A stretch of DNA of 64,000 bases from Hormiphora californensis. Taxonomy: Eukaryota > Animalia > Ctenophora. The DNA is taken from the NCBI GenBank assembly GCA_020137815.1, contig CM035350.1:9052001-9116000 (forward strand). The letters run 5' to 3'. The translations under genes and the position numbers were made by a program. Position 1 is the first letter of the stretch. Each line of letters opens with the position of its first letter. The notes beneath the pieces are model-generated. The model worked only from the letters and a program-made list of their open reading frames with translations, was not told the origin of the DNA and did no database searches. Below are positions 43,589 through 56,213 of the stretch, in pieces.

Positions 43589-46500
43589 ATGTTAGAGGCT
43601 CCTTATCTCAGATTTGCAACCTTGAACTGCTTTTCTATCCGGAATAAACTTGAGGAGGTCATGATGTTAGTCTCTGAGAACTGTGTCGATGTTATGTGCA
43701 TTACTGAGAGCTGGCTCCATGAAGAAGAACACTCCATTAGCAGACAAATTTCTGAGTTTGATTATCAACTAATCAACCTCTCGAGAGGATCCAGAGGTGG
43801 GGGTGTAGCGGTTATCTCTAGGAATGGTTTGACGGTGAAGCGGTGCAAAACTAACAGACAATTTTCATCTTTTGAGTGTTTAGAGGTGACGGTGGAGGGG
43901 CGAGGAGTAGAGCTCACTAGAGCGGCTGTTGTTTATCGCCCACCAGATGCGTCTAAACAGACTGCTTTCTTGGACGAATTTGGAGATTTCTTGTCTGACT
44001 TCACGACCAAGTCAGGCCATCTAGTATTAACAGGTGATTTCAACATTCACATTGAGAACCCCAGCTGCTCTTTTTCCGATAACTTCATGCAGATAGTTGG
44101 AGACCATAACTGGCAACAGAAGATCGACCAGCCAACACACATAAATGGAGGTTGGCTTGATTTGGTTCTCACAAATGATGATTACCTCTTGAGTGATGTC
44201 GATGTTTTACCTACCCCAGAAGTCCCTGATCATTTTCTGGTGTCATTCAACGTTCACTGTGGCTCATCAAACCGTCTTCCTCAGAAAAAGACTGTTGTAT
44301 CTAGATGCATGCGAAGAGTGACGGTGGAAGCTATAACTGAAATGATCCAGAAATCTGAGCTGAAGGGCCCCAATTTTCCTGGGCGATCTCTTACTGAGTG
44401 CGTTGAGATGTATGATGAACTCTTATTAGACATTCTAGACGAGCTTGCACCTCTTGAAGAGAAAACACTTTTGATCGGTGACAAACCTCGGTGGTTTGAT
44501 GTTGACTGCTATACAGCACTGAAGAGCAGGCGTGGGGCTGAGCGCAGGTATCGACGGCTTTACAAGAAGAAGCTAAAGAAGCCCAATCGAGTTACTTATG
44601 AAGAACTTGATCTAGCGGAAAGGGAGTTTGTAAGAGAAGTGAGATACGCAAGGTCAGTGTTTAGACGGGCTAGACGAGAGTTTTTCAGACGCAGACTTCA
44701 GGCTGCTGAGGGCAATCCATCTGCTACCTATCAGGTGATGAACTACCTGCTGGGTAAAGATAAAACCCCGAAAGCACTCCCAACAGTGCCTGATCCTGCT
44801 AAACTTCCGGATTTACTGAGTGAGTTCTTTCACTCCAAAGTTGAAAAGATTTATCAAGATATTCGAAATGATCCATCCTTCTCAGAAACCTTGCCTAACT
44901 TGCCCGATACGAGAACACCAACATCAGTGCCTGTCCTTGCATCGTTTAAACCGGTATCGGATGAACAACTTGTATCTACCATCCGAAGAATGAACCAAAA
45001 ACATTGTTCCCTTGACCCTATACCGACCTCTCTACTCACAGGTGCCTTACCTCATCTCCTACCAATAATCTCGAAGATCGTCAACTCCAGTCTGTCCCAA
45101 GGAGAAATGCCTGATAACTTGAAAACAGCTGTAATAAGACCTGCTCACAAAAATGCGTCATTGGATCCGGATCAATTGAAAAGCTACAGACCTATTTCCA
45201 ACTTATCATTTTTATCAAAGGTAGTAGAGAAATGTGTAGCTGAGCAGCTAATTGACCATCTTGAAAAACATGATCTTTTCGCTAAATTCCAGTCCGCCTA
45301 TAGAACGAAACATTCTTGCGAAACGGCGACCGTGAAAATTGTCAATGACATCCTCTTACAGATTGACAGCAAATCTCAGGTGATTCTTGTGTTATTGGAC
45401 CTCTCGGCCGCGTTCGACACCATCTCGCATTCAGAACTGTTACGGCGACTTGAGAATGAATATCGAATTGGAGGTAGTGTTCTGAAATGGATCAAATCCT
45501 ACCTGTCAGGACGCTTTGCGAAGGTTAAGATCGGATCGACGGAGTCCAGTTCGAAACCTATTGAAATCGGAGTGCCCCAAGGGTCTATTCTTGGCCTGTT
45601 GTTGTTTATCCTACCGTGTGCGGCAAAAAAAATCCCCCCCCCCCTAGACCACCATAGTTGCCGATATGGTGGAGAGCTGTAACTTGGCAGGGTTGCTCCA
45701 CTATGTCTATCTTGATCCTGACAGAAAAATCAGAGCTCTAGCTCAAAATTCATTTTCATGAACGGAATGAACCTCTCCGTTCCTTCGATATGAGACCCCC
45801 TCATCATTCAGAATTTTTTGCCCGTCTTTGGCTATCGATTAGCTTTCCAATGTGACCAAGATCATCTAAATTGGACAACCACAAGAGACACAGTGTCATG
45901 TTTCTTAAAGTTAGTCAGGTCATGTGATCCTCACCGAATCGTTGAGTATTCAGTATTACGAATCAGTCTAAGTGGTAGAGAATCACGTATCACGGCTACT
46001 AATGAGGGATGACGATGCTGATTGGTCATGAGATCTGTAGCTCTGTGATAAATGTCCTCTTTCCTCGAATCACATTACCCTGTATTGGTACACATACCTC
46101 ATTAGCGGCCGTGATACGAGATTCCTCTGCCCCTTGGCTCGATTAGCAATCCCGGATAATCAACGATTCGGTGAGGATCACATGGCCTGACTAACTTTAA
46201 GAAACATGACACTGTGTCTCTTGTGGTTGTCCAATTTAGATGATCTTGGTCACATTGGAAAGCTAATCGATAGCCAAAGACGGGCAAAAAATTCTGAATG
46301 ATGAGGGGGTCTCATATCGAAGGAACGGAGAAGTTCATTCCGTTCATGAAAATGAATTTTGAGCTAGAGCTCTGATTTTTCTGTCAGGATCAAGATAGAC
46401 ATAGTGGAGCAACCCTGCCAAGTTACAGCTCTCCACCACATCGGCAACTATGATGGTCTAGGGGGGGATTTTTTTGCCGCACACGGTATATATGAAGGAC

Positions 46501-47406
46501 CTGGAAAAGATTGCTGCATTATACGACCTAACCATACATATGTATGCTGATGATAGTCAGATATATGTTTCATTCTCACCAGAATCAATCGGTGAGGTGA
46601 CCGAAAGACTACAGAAATGCATGGCACACATAAAATTGTGGATGGCTCATAGTATGCTGAAGCTCAACCCAGAGAAAACGGAAGTTCTCATCCTGAAAAA
46701 CAAATGGAGTAAATCACCTGATATTGAGAACATATTGATCAATCCAGAAGATGGCGAAACAGAAGTCGCCCCAAGAGCGAGAAACTTGGGCGTAATGTTT
46801 GACAGCACATTATCAATGGCCGATCACGTTACTAAAGTTGTCAAAGCTTGCAATCTACAACTGGTACAGATGTGGAGAATAGCCGGAAAATTGAGTAAGG
46901 CACAGAAAACTAAGCTGGTTTCAACCCTTATTCATAGCCGTATCGATTATTGCAACTCTCTTTTGGTTTCATTAAAGGATTCTGACCTGAAACGTCTACA
47001 GAAAGTTCAGAACAGTGCGACACGATATATTTATGGGAAAAGAGGAAAACGCGGTGTAACAAAACTTCGTATGAAATCACACTTCTTGCCTGTGAAACAG
47101 CGAATAGAGTACAAAGTTTGCTTGATGGTATACAAGACTCTTCATGATCAATCCCCTCCATACATGTCTGAGATGTTAGTGAAGCGGCCCCAGAAAGTGA
47201 AATCACTCCGAGTGGATAATGACGTCACCGCTCTGAAAGAGGTGCGGAGGAGTGAGTACCACTACGAGAACACTAGAGGCGCTTTCAGTATTGCTGCACC
47301 TAAATTATGGAATCAGCTACCACGATCAATCCGGGACTCAGAATCCCTTACTACTTTTAAAACATCCCTGAAGACGCACTTGTTCTTTAGAGCATACAAC
47401 CAATGA
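43589..47406 (+). pseudogene. LINE ORF2 (APE endonuclease plus reverse transcriptase, ~980 aa reconstructed), interrupted by a MITE
   Basis: CITESWL, VYRPP, GDFNIH, LDLV, PDH; YRPISNL, LDLSAAFDT, GVPQGSILG, YADD, DYCNSLL. Removing 45614-46488 restores FIL-YMKDL in frame. Confidence 0.92.
45614..46486. mobile_element. Tc2/pogo-like MITE with ~330-bp TIRs and TA TSD, inserted in the RT domain
   Basis: TA|CCGTGTGCGGCAAAAAAATCCCC ... GGGGATTTTTTTGCCGCACACGG|TA. Confidence 0.88.
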
Positions 47407-47519
47407 TCGGCAAAATAATCCTCACTTCCCTACATTTGGTACATCCACATGGATTCCTGAGTAACTACTGTCTCCAACTCCTATTCCTGATTCCTGGGCT
47501 CCCTTTTTCTCGTGTATTC

Positions 47520-48280
47520 CTTCACATCGATACCTGGGTCCTCTACTCCTACCTCCTCCACATCGATCCCTGGGTCCTTTACTCCTACCTCCTCCACATC
47601 GATCCCTGGGTCCTCTACTCCTACCTCCTCCACATCGATCCCTGGGTCCTTTACTCCTACCCTCTCCACATCGATTCCTGGGTCCTTTCCCTACCTTGCT
47701 CCACATCGATCCCTGGGTCTTTTCCCAACCTCCTTCACATCGATCCCTGGGTCCTTTACTCCTACCTCCTCCACATCGATTCCTGGGTCCTTTCCCTACC
47801 TTGCTCCACATCGATCCCTGGGTCCTCTACTTCTACCTCCTCCACATCGATCCCTGGGTCCTTTACTCCTACCTCCTCCACATCGATCCCTGGGTCCTTT
47901 ACTCCTACCTCCTCCACATCGATTCCTGGGTCCTTTCCCTACCTTGCTCCACATCGATCCCTGGGTCTTTTCCCAACCTCCTTCACATCGATCCCTGGGT
48001 CCTTTACTCCTACCTCCTCCACATCGATTCCTGGGTCCTTTCCCTACCTTGCTCCACATCGATCCCTGGGTCCTCTACTCCTACCTGCTCCACATCGATC
48101 CCTTGGTCCTTTACTCCTACCTCCTCCACATCGATCCCTGGGTCCTTTACTCCTACCTCCTCCACATCGATCCCTGGGTCCTTTACTCCTACCTTGCTCC
48201 TCATCGATCCCTGGGTCATTTACTCCTACCTCCTCCACATTGATCCCTGGGTCCTTTTCCTTGCGCTGCTCCATATCGAG
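47520..48280 (+). repeat. 34-36-bp minisatellite (~21 units) in the LINE 3' UTR
   Basis: Unit CACATCGATCCCTGGGTCCTTTACTCCTACCTCCTC, with recurring shorter variants. Confidence 0.92.
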
Positions 48281-48824
48281 CACATCCTCATTCCTCATTC
48301 TACAAACTATTTACAACATCCCTTCTACACGCTACTCATCACTTGTTATCACGACAGTTTATTGATTCTGTTTTTTGTACATACAATGTGATATTGAAGA
48401 GTGTTTGAATTAGACGAGATAACCCAGCTAGAGGTAGCTACGGGCGGAAACGTCCGCATGTTGGACATATTTATTTTAATACTTGTGAACCAATATGTTT
48501 AGTGTATTAGCGGGGTGTCAATAATTACATTTATTTAATTTATTGACATTATAAATATAATTTTAATCTTGTAATCTTGTAATCTTGTAATCTTGTATTC
48601 TCTCTGTAGGCAGTACATCTATGTACTGTCTACAGAGAGAATACAGAGAAAGAACTATAGGGCATGCCCGGGCACGGGCGTGCACACAGAGAGAATACAG
48701 AGAAAGAACCATCACTGTGGTCCATTATCAGTTAGAGTTTTACTGTTGATGGGATCCCATTAATGGGATGCCATTCAGTTAGAGTTTCCCCTTACTCAAC
48801 AAGATCTTAATTCTTACAGCTTAC

Positions 48825-49220
48825 CAGCTTTGCTTTTTCCCTTGCGATCTCTCCGCGTCCTTAGTGTCACCGAAGGCTATTTTGGGGCCCTTTGTGAAAC
48901 AATGAAACTCCCAATGCAATGCCTCTTGTTTGCCCCCCCCCCAGTGCCTTCTCGGCCCGGCGCTGGTCATCCTGGTCACGCTTGGCAGCACGAAGAACAG
49001 AACTAGTTTCATAGCGGTTGAGCAAAGAAGAATATTATCGAGCTGCGTTAAATGTTGGTTGGAAGGCACTTCTAACAGCCCCTTTTTATAGGGGGCATGT
49101 CCCGGCCCCTTCGATCAACCGATCCTTACTCTCCAACACGGAGTGCTGTCCCCTTCGAGCACCACGTGGGCACCATGTGGTTATAAAGCACCTTTATATC
49201 ACTAGCGCGAAATATTCAAG
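48825..49220 (-). pseudogene. Diverged duplicate of the promoter and signal-peptide exon of the Cys-rich peptide gene
   Basis: Colinear similarity with 50338-50585; ATG at 49012 (MKLVLFFVLPS), an insertion, then the same AAGCTG|GTAAG donor. Confidence 0.55.
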
Positions 49221-49376
49221 CTGGTTCAAGTAAAACGATAGATCTTGTGTATGATGTATTCAAAATTCTATTCAAATCTCACAATTTTGACAAAATATTT
49301 TTCTATCATCACAGTCGACGTTTTGTAAGGTCCAATAAAAATAGTCTACTCGGAATGCTGTCCGAACACAACCCAA

Positions 49377-50395
49377 TTATACACACCAACCCGGGCCCCA
49401 ACCACAACCCAAATAATCGCAATCGGATCTAACTCCGTCACAGTCGCCGTCCGTCTTACATTTGTGATTTCCCCCGGAAGCCCTTTGATAACACCATTTA
49501 GTACCTCCGCACCATTTCCAGCATTTCCCACACCAACAGCCATCACTTTCAGCTCCTGAAACAGGGGGGGGGGGTAATTGGTACTCATTTCATTTCATGA
49601 TTTACTGGAACCTCAATTTACCGGATTATAGTACAATATAATATAATAATATATATACCCTGCTAACTTAAATAATGCGCCAGTGGCGAGAAGTCCCACT
49701 AGCGCGCTCTCGATAACCAGCCAGTCCAGCGGCAGATTATTTCCCACTGGCAGGTTATTTATTTTTAACTCCTATGTTACATTCAAAGTGTGTGTAAATG
49801 ATCAGTTCTTACTGAAATACAGAGGGAACACTGTTTGGAAGAGTTACACACTAAATTGGAGAGAAAGAAACAACACATTCCGTCAATTACTCTCTCTCTT
49901 TATCTTCCCTTTTGTTTCACTATCTCAATTCCTCTGTGTTATGTCTGGCATGCCCCATATCTTGTTATTTCTTTCTCTCTCTCCTTAGTAACTGTTACCA
50001 AACAATGTACACTCAATTGAGAGATGTTTTTGACTGTTTCTCAGTTCTCTTTGTGTGTTTTGATTAGTGTTCTCTCTCTTGTTAGTGTGTAATACTTGTA
50101 ACAAACAACTAAAGCAGGGTATATAACCCATAAACTCTTGCCACAGACGCGTTATAGGTTTAAACCCCTCCGCCTCTCCCTCGGCTACGCCTCGGGATCG
50201 TCGTCGTGATTTAAACCAGTTTATCCGCCAGTGGCGGATAAACTACAGCTACCTTCTCCCAGCGGCGCGCTGGGAGAAAGGTATCTGAAATAACGCGCCA
50301 CTGGCAAGAGTTTATGCCTCATGTATATGGGTCTTACCAGCTTCGCTTGGTAGCACGAATAACAGAACTAGAAGGGTGCACAAAATCAGTTTCAT
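49377..50395 (-). CDS. Secreted 78-aa peptide with 10 Cys and 6 Trp in the mature part, two exons (absent from the ORF track)
   Basis: Exon 50395-50338 (MKLILCTLLVLLFVLPSEA, phase 1, GTAAG) plus exon 49555-49377 (TTTCAG| GAESDGCWCGKCWKWCGGTKWCYQRASGGNHKCKTDGDCDGVRSDCDYLGCGWGPGWCV*). Confidence 0.75.
50129..50316. mobile_element. Short TIR element with several internal hairpins, in the peptide-gene intron
   Basis: CATAAACTCTTGCCA ... TGGCAAGAGTTTATG; internal hairpin GTTTATCCGCCAGTGGCGGATAAAC. Confidence 0.55.
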
Positions 50396-51343
50396 AGCGG
50401 TGTAGTAGTAGTAGTTGAGCAAAGAAGAATATTATTGAACTGCATAGAATGTCGGTTGGTACTTCTTATAGCACCTTAGGTCAACCGATCCTTACTCTCC
50501 AACATGGATTGCTGTCCCCTTAGAGCACCACGTGGGCACCATGTGGGTATAAAGCACCTTTAAGTCACTAGTGCGAAATATTAAACCATGCCGTTCATTA
50601 TTCTATCCGAGGGTGAATGAACGCTTTGAGCTATGTGAGAGCACACCTTTACTGATGCACGTATCACACTTCGTTTAATTTAAGTCGTCAGTTAGCACGT
50701 GCCGTTGTATATCTCCCCATGAGCAGGTCATCCTCCAGACGCAGCGATCACAAACAAACAAACAAACAAACAAACACCATATGAGGCCGTTATATGAGTC
50801 GTGGACAAAATATCATTAGTTTATAACTTGCAGTGGTGCTCCCTACGTTATATTGGCCGCTCACATTATTAGCGTCCACGACGTCTTTTTGACAGTTTAG
50901 GGAATACTATGCATCTTATTCACCACCCACATTTTGGGACCCACCGCAGTCAACATATTTTATGGGCCAAAGTGATCATGATAGAAACTAACAAACGGTG
51001 AGAGAGACTAGATTACATTTGTATTGTTTTCTTCCATCACAATTAAATGATTAAAATAATGACGAAAAATAGATTAAAGGCTAGAACTAATTTACATCAA
51101 AAATTAACAGTTTTACAAGTTAATTACAACTACAGTTTCTCGGTTATCGTCTTGTGGCCAGTTCAACTTGTGCACGAACGGTCCTATGCTCCTCAACATT
51201 CTTGCAGCTGCAAGAGACTTATTATAAAGTGTTAGATATCCAACTATTAGTTTCACTTACCCGATACATGCAGATAAGCAAAAATCATTACACGTCATTA
51301 TGAACAGTATTTTTAGCTAGTTTTATTTGTCCAGTTTGAAGAT

Positions 51344-53139
51344 CTACAAAGAGTTGCCAATAGAGTCTTTTGGATTAACAGCAGCGGAATGTCTCACTTT
51401 TAGAAGTTTTCTAGCCTCTTCCTTGAAATCAGGCAGGGTGAAGAGGAAAATGAGGGGGTTCAGGGAGGAATGGATGTACCAAAGAACGTGGAATGCCATC
51501 CCAATAGCGTTAGGAATCGTCGTTATGACCCCTGTGGAGATATGATCATATAGATTGAAACAGATTAATGATGCCCTATAGTACGGCTTGAAGGGCGTAG
51601 AGCGTGTATAATATTAGCATATTGCTATTCCGTGTTGTTACCTGCATACATGAGCAGTCCAAGACAGACAACAGGAAAGTTGAACACCAGCACCAGAGCG
51701 ATGATACAGAAGATGGTCATGGAGAGTTTCATTCCCTTTGGCATCGTCTTCTTCTTGTTGTTGTTCCTCACCTCATCTGGTTTATTATGTACTGCCACGT
51801 GTGAATTACTCACACTACTCTCCAGAGCCACACTCGTTACCAAGATCTCTGCTAGGGAGGAGAGGCATTATAGTACGGTTAGGAGGAGAAGACCGGTTAG
51901 AAGTAATCCGAGGAGAGTATATATCTGTCTAGTGTCTGTGCACAGACACTAGACAGATGGAACAGTCGTGATTCAACTTCAGCTTTCTATTAGCACACTT
52001 TTCAAGACTAAGTACGGTTCAGTGTCGACTGTTTCCCCCGTTATATTATTGGAAATTCAGAGAATGTTACTAACTAGAAGCAATCACACTTACTCTTTTT
52101 CTTCGCTTTGTTAGACTTCTTCTTATTATGGATGATGGTCCACCCAACGTAGAATATGTTACCATAGCACCAAAATGTTACAATTATCGGAGGGAAAAAG
52201 GCCACGAGCGAGAATATGAGGAACCATTGATCCGCGAAGACCCCCTTGATCTTTAGCCCACATGAGAATGTGGATGGACTGTACCTAGTAGGGGTGGAGA
52301 GGAGGTGGTGGGTGTTTTAGAACCTGATTGCAATTTGAGAATCAAAGCGGGGTCTGGCGGCAGACAGCTAGACAAGTATCCCCAGTGTTACTACCAAAAT
52401 ATACTGTGAAGAATTTTCAGCTTACCCGTACTCGGCGACTCCTAGAACAGGGGGGAATGAGAGGAGGGCAGAGATTAGCCAAGCTACCAATGCCATCGTT
52501 TTGATAACGTGTGGCCGCATCCACCTCCTGTAGGCTGTCACCTTCGTAATCCGCACATATCTGAATGGGGGAGAGTCATATTAAAAATGGAATAGGATTC
52601 ATATTTAAAATGGTTTGTATCTTGTTCAGATAATGGTTGCACAGTTCTCGAACTAAAAGTATTGATTTGCTGAAGGACCGCTCAATTGGCGTATCATCAT
52701 CCATTACTTACCGCTCAAGGCTTATCATCATGATAAGGTACATGCTGGTAACGAGGCAGATGTTATCCAAGAGGGCGGACATCATACAGAGTGCTTTACC
52801 AAACAACCAGCTGTTCGTCACCATGGAGATAGCCACGGCAACCATGCTGCAACATCCCACAAACATGTCTGAAGCAGAGTGAGATTATATTGATTTAATT
52901 CAATAGGAATTCCTGGTGATTATACAGATACCGTACCAGATCATATATCATGCAGTATACGTACCGGCAACTGCAATATTGGCGATCAAAGTGTTGGCGT
53001 TCTTCTGAAGGGAATGTCTCCGAAGGTAGAGGAGGACGATGAGAAAGTTCCCGAAGGTTGCCATGACAGCCATAAGAAACATTATAGTTGCCATTAGCAA
53101 CCGAATATCTTGAGGTGTACTTTCCGGTGCTCCAGACAT
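51344..53139 (-). CDS. Rhodopsin-like class A GPCR, ~6 exons
   Basis: TFGNFLIV, NIAVA/DMFVG, SWLFGKALC, MISLER/Y, FPPIIVTFWCYGNI, FNFP, HSSLNPLIF. Confidence 0.85.
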
Positions 53140-53304
53140 GTCTTATCTAGAAGTGATAGAGTCGATAGATTTAAGTGATCTCTAAAAATCAATAGGAGTA
53201 AGAAATATTGACTGATCAAGATGCAGTGATATGTTGTAACAGGGAATTGCAAAGAATGATTCTAGTAGATCTAATCCAGTATCTCCACCTACGCTATAGA
53301 GAAC

Positions 53305-53366
53305 GAACAACCAATCAGAACTCGTTATTTAGGTCACGTGACTGGTTATCAGCCAATCAGGGACCT
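53305..53366. repeat. Fragment of a dispersed repeat (CCAATCAG...GGTCACGTGAC...CCAATCAG)
   Basis: Recognised from memory as a high-copy ctenophore repeat; only one copy is in the window. Confidence 0.4.
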
Positions 53367-53481
53367 GATTCTATAATAGAGAACGGAAAGCCAGTAGGTG
53401 GGGTAACATCCGTAAGCTTGCATTGGTGGCATTAGGGAAAGCAGCTGTAGTGGATTCGCACTGTCAGAACATACCATGTGA

Positions 53482-53580
<99 letters not shown>

Positions 53581-53594
53581 TCTCTTCTCTCTCT

Positions 53595-53625
<31 letters not shown>

Positions 53626-53631
53626 CTCTCT

Positions 53632-53682
<51 letters not shown>

Positions 53683-56213
53683 TCTTGACTCGCTTTTGTT
53701 GCATTTACTAATGTCACCTTGCTGCCACACGTGAAAATTAATTAGAAAACCAAACCCCAGGGGGTGGTTCATTGACGAGATGCTGCTACCATGACGAACA
53801 GCTCTCGTTGGCAAAAGATGCAGCGTTCGTGTTCTCCTCCTTTTTGGGGTGAGAGAGAGAGAGAGAGGAGGAGAGAGAGAAAGGAGGAGAGAGGGACTTA
53901 GGGAGTAAGAGATGGAGAGATTCGAGGGGTGGGAGAGGGAGAGGGAGTAAGAGATGGAGAGATTCGAGAGGTTGAACGTCAGAAATAAAGTAAGATGGAG
54001 AACAAATGAGTTGGATGCAGCAATGTGAAAGTGGGATAGAAATAGAGCAGAGACGAATAAATGACTTATAAACGGCATCTTTTTAATATCTCAGTTTTTG
54101 CTCTCCCCTCTTGTCATTTCTTTTCTTCTCTTCTTCTCGATCTCGGTGGGGGTCCTCCAATAAAGCATTATTTCAAACCGGAAAAGGGGAGGATGCATGC
54201 TGATTGAATGATTGAACATGTTGGGAGGAATTGACAAGTAAAAAGACATAAAAGATTCGATTGGGATTCAAATGTGTGTGCGTCACGAGAGAGAAGAAAA
54301 AACTAGGTTTTTGCTCGAAAACCTCATGCTTATTATCATGCCTCCAGCAGCATGTCAAACCCAAGCCGCGGCCGTGTTATCTCTGTGACGCAGTTTGTAT
54401 AATCACCTCACCATGCCATGTCAGGTGAGAGAGGGCGGGCCCTTACAAATTATCCCGGGCCATCATGTGATTTTCACCACAAGACGCCATACTCACCCTG
54501 GTACTTGAGTGGCACCCAACCATAGATAACAAATTAACAAAGCCTCACATGAGATGGGAGAGAGATGGCCCAGTGGTCTCGTGCGTAAACAAGAATTATT
54601 TTGGTAGCAATCACATGAGAGCGGCTCCTGTAACTTAATTGTGGTGCTGGAATTTTCTCCAGAAATAACCATGACCAACCTGTTTTTAACACAGTATACA
54701 GGGTTCCATGCTTATCTGCCCATGCAGTACCGGCACTCTCAGACAATGGCTATACGCGTTTGCGTCATTACAAGCAAGCATTCGCACAAAAAGGATCAAG
54801 TGTTCATGCCTCCCAGAACAGATCGTAAAGCAGATGTGCCCTACGAAGAAGAAGATTAAATACTGGGTGTCAAAAGTTGGCCAAAACTGCACGTTTTATA
54901 CCCCCTCTATTGTGTGCTGGTATAATGCATTCATTATTCAAGTGCTCCTAGCGTCTGTTATATAAGGGGGATGTCAAGATGGTGACATGTGCCCGCCACA
55001 CGTGGAATAGAGTGCCCTCTGAAGGACCAGATGGTGTCTATAGCCCTTCATTAGCAGCTTGAGCAGTCCATTATGAGAAATGGCAGGCTAGACTGCAGCT
55101 GGCATGGCTTCTAGAAGATTCGGTGGTTATTTTCTGTCACAATAAACGTCACAGAAAACCCTTGGTCATTTACAAACACAACGAAGGGAAAGGGATACGC
55201 TGAATTGAGGCTGTTGTAGTATAATAGCGGTAGTAGCCTTGAATTGAGTTTCCTGATCTGTCCATAGCATCCAGGGCTGTCTGATAATTTCAAGAGCTTA
55301 GAACTATAATAATTAATCAATCCCATTGCCATTCTCATAGGGGTCAAGGGATGCCGATAAACAATTTTCTAACCATCAACAACAGCAATGTGTGGACTGC
55401 TGTACTGCTCATGCTCCTGCCTCCTAGCCTTTCTCTCTCAGATGTAATTAATAATATTATATGGCTCAGGGCTCTGCTGCCCTCTTTAGTCTTCATTTAA
55501 TATATAAGACCCATGAATGTAGGTGCTGCACTGTACGAGACTTTTGGCTTTTGAAAATAAAAAGTTGAAACTAAAGTGAAGGCGCATAACCGCTGAATGG
55601 AAAGAATGTTCCCTCTTATCGCTTGCATAGTTCTCTAGATCAAAGGTCATCACTCATCCCATCCTCACAAAATGAGTGGCCGGTCATAGGATCAATCTCC
55701 AGTGCCACTCCAATTTATCCAGATTTCCGTAAGAGCGGTTGCAGTATCGAGACAGAGAGGACAGAAGAGGACAGAAGGACAGAGGGAGAGAGAGGGCACC
55801 AGTATATATCAGTAGCTAGTAGCTCAGATGGGGCAGGGAAGCTGTAGGGTGACCTTGTGTTTTTGTTTTGAAGCCCCACCCCGGTAGAGTGATTAGCAGT
55901 ACGAATAAGTGCATTACAGGGTTCAATATATTCCACTCACGCGTTGAGAGACTTGTGACGAATTCAGGAGCTGATACAGGAGATAGTCAGAGAGAGAATC
56001 AGAGAGAGAGTCAGAGAGAGAATCAGAGAGAGAGAGAGAGAGAGAGAATCAGAGAGAGAAAGAAAGCAAGCATAGATCGATGTATTATAGAAGTCAAGGG
56101 GGTGTAATATTACAAGCGTTTTAAAGATAAGAACACGTTGCATGGGTATAAAACCTTGCTCTTTTGAACCTTCTAACCAATATAGCTTTTATTTCTAGTT
56201 TTTAGTTTACATC

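Larger units (their letters stand above)
42183..48593 (+). mobile_element. Full-length non-LTR retrotransposon, L2/CR1 group, with an SL-like 5' end and (TAATCTTG)n tail
   Basis: ORF1 and ORF2, 3' UTR, 8-nt tandem tail; flanked by TGTAT at 42178-42182 and 48594-48598; the host TIR sequence resumes exactly after the tail. Confidence 0.92.
42038..48803. mobile_element. Short foldback element with 6-bp TSD ATCTTA that hosts the LINE
   Basis: ATCTTA|CTTGTTGAGTAAGGGG..AAACTCTAACTGAATGG ... CCATTCAGTTAGAGTTTCCCCTTACTCAACAAG|ATCTTA. Confidence 0.8.

Noticed and set aside
47520-48280. Regular ~36-bp repeats resembling a CRISPR array
   Set aside because: The units are contiguous with no unique spacers, there are no cas genes, and the context is a eukaryotic LINE 3' UTR.
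51344-53139. Opsin
   Set aside because: TM7 (LWYIHSSLNPLIF) lacks the retinal-binding lysine.
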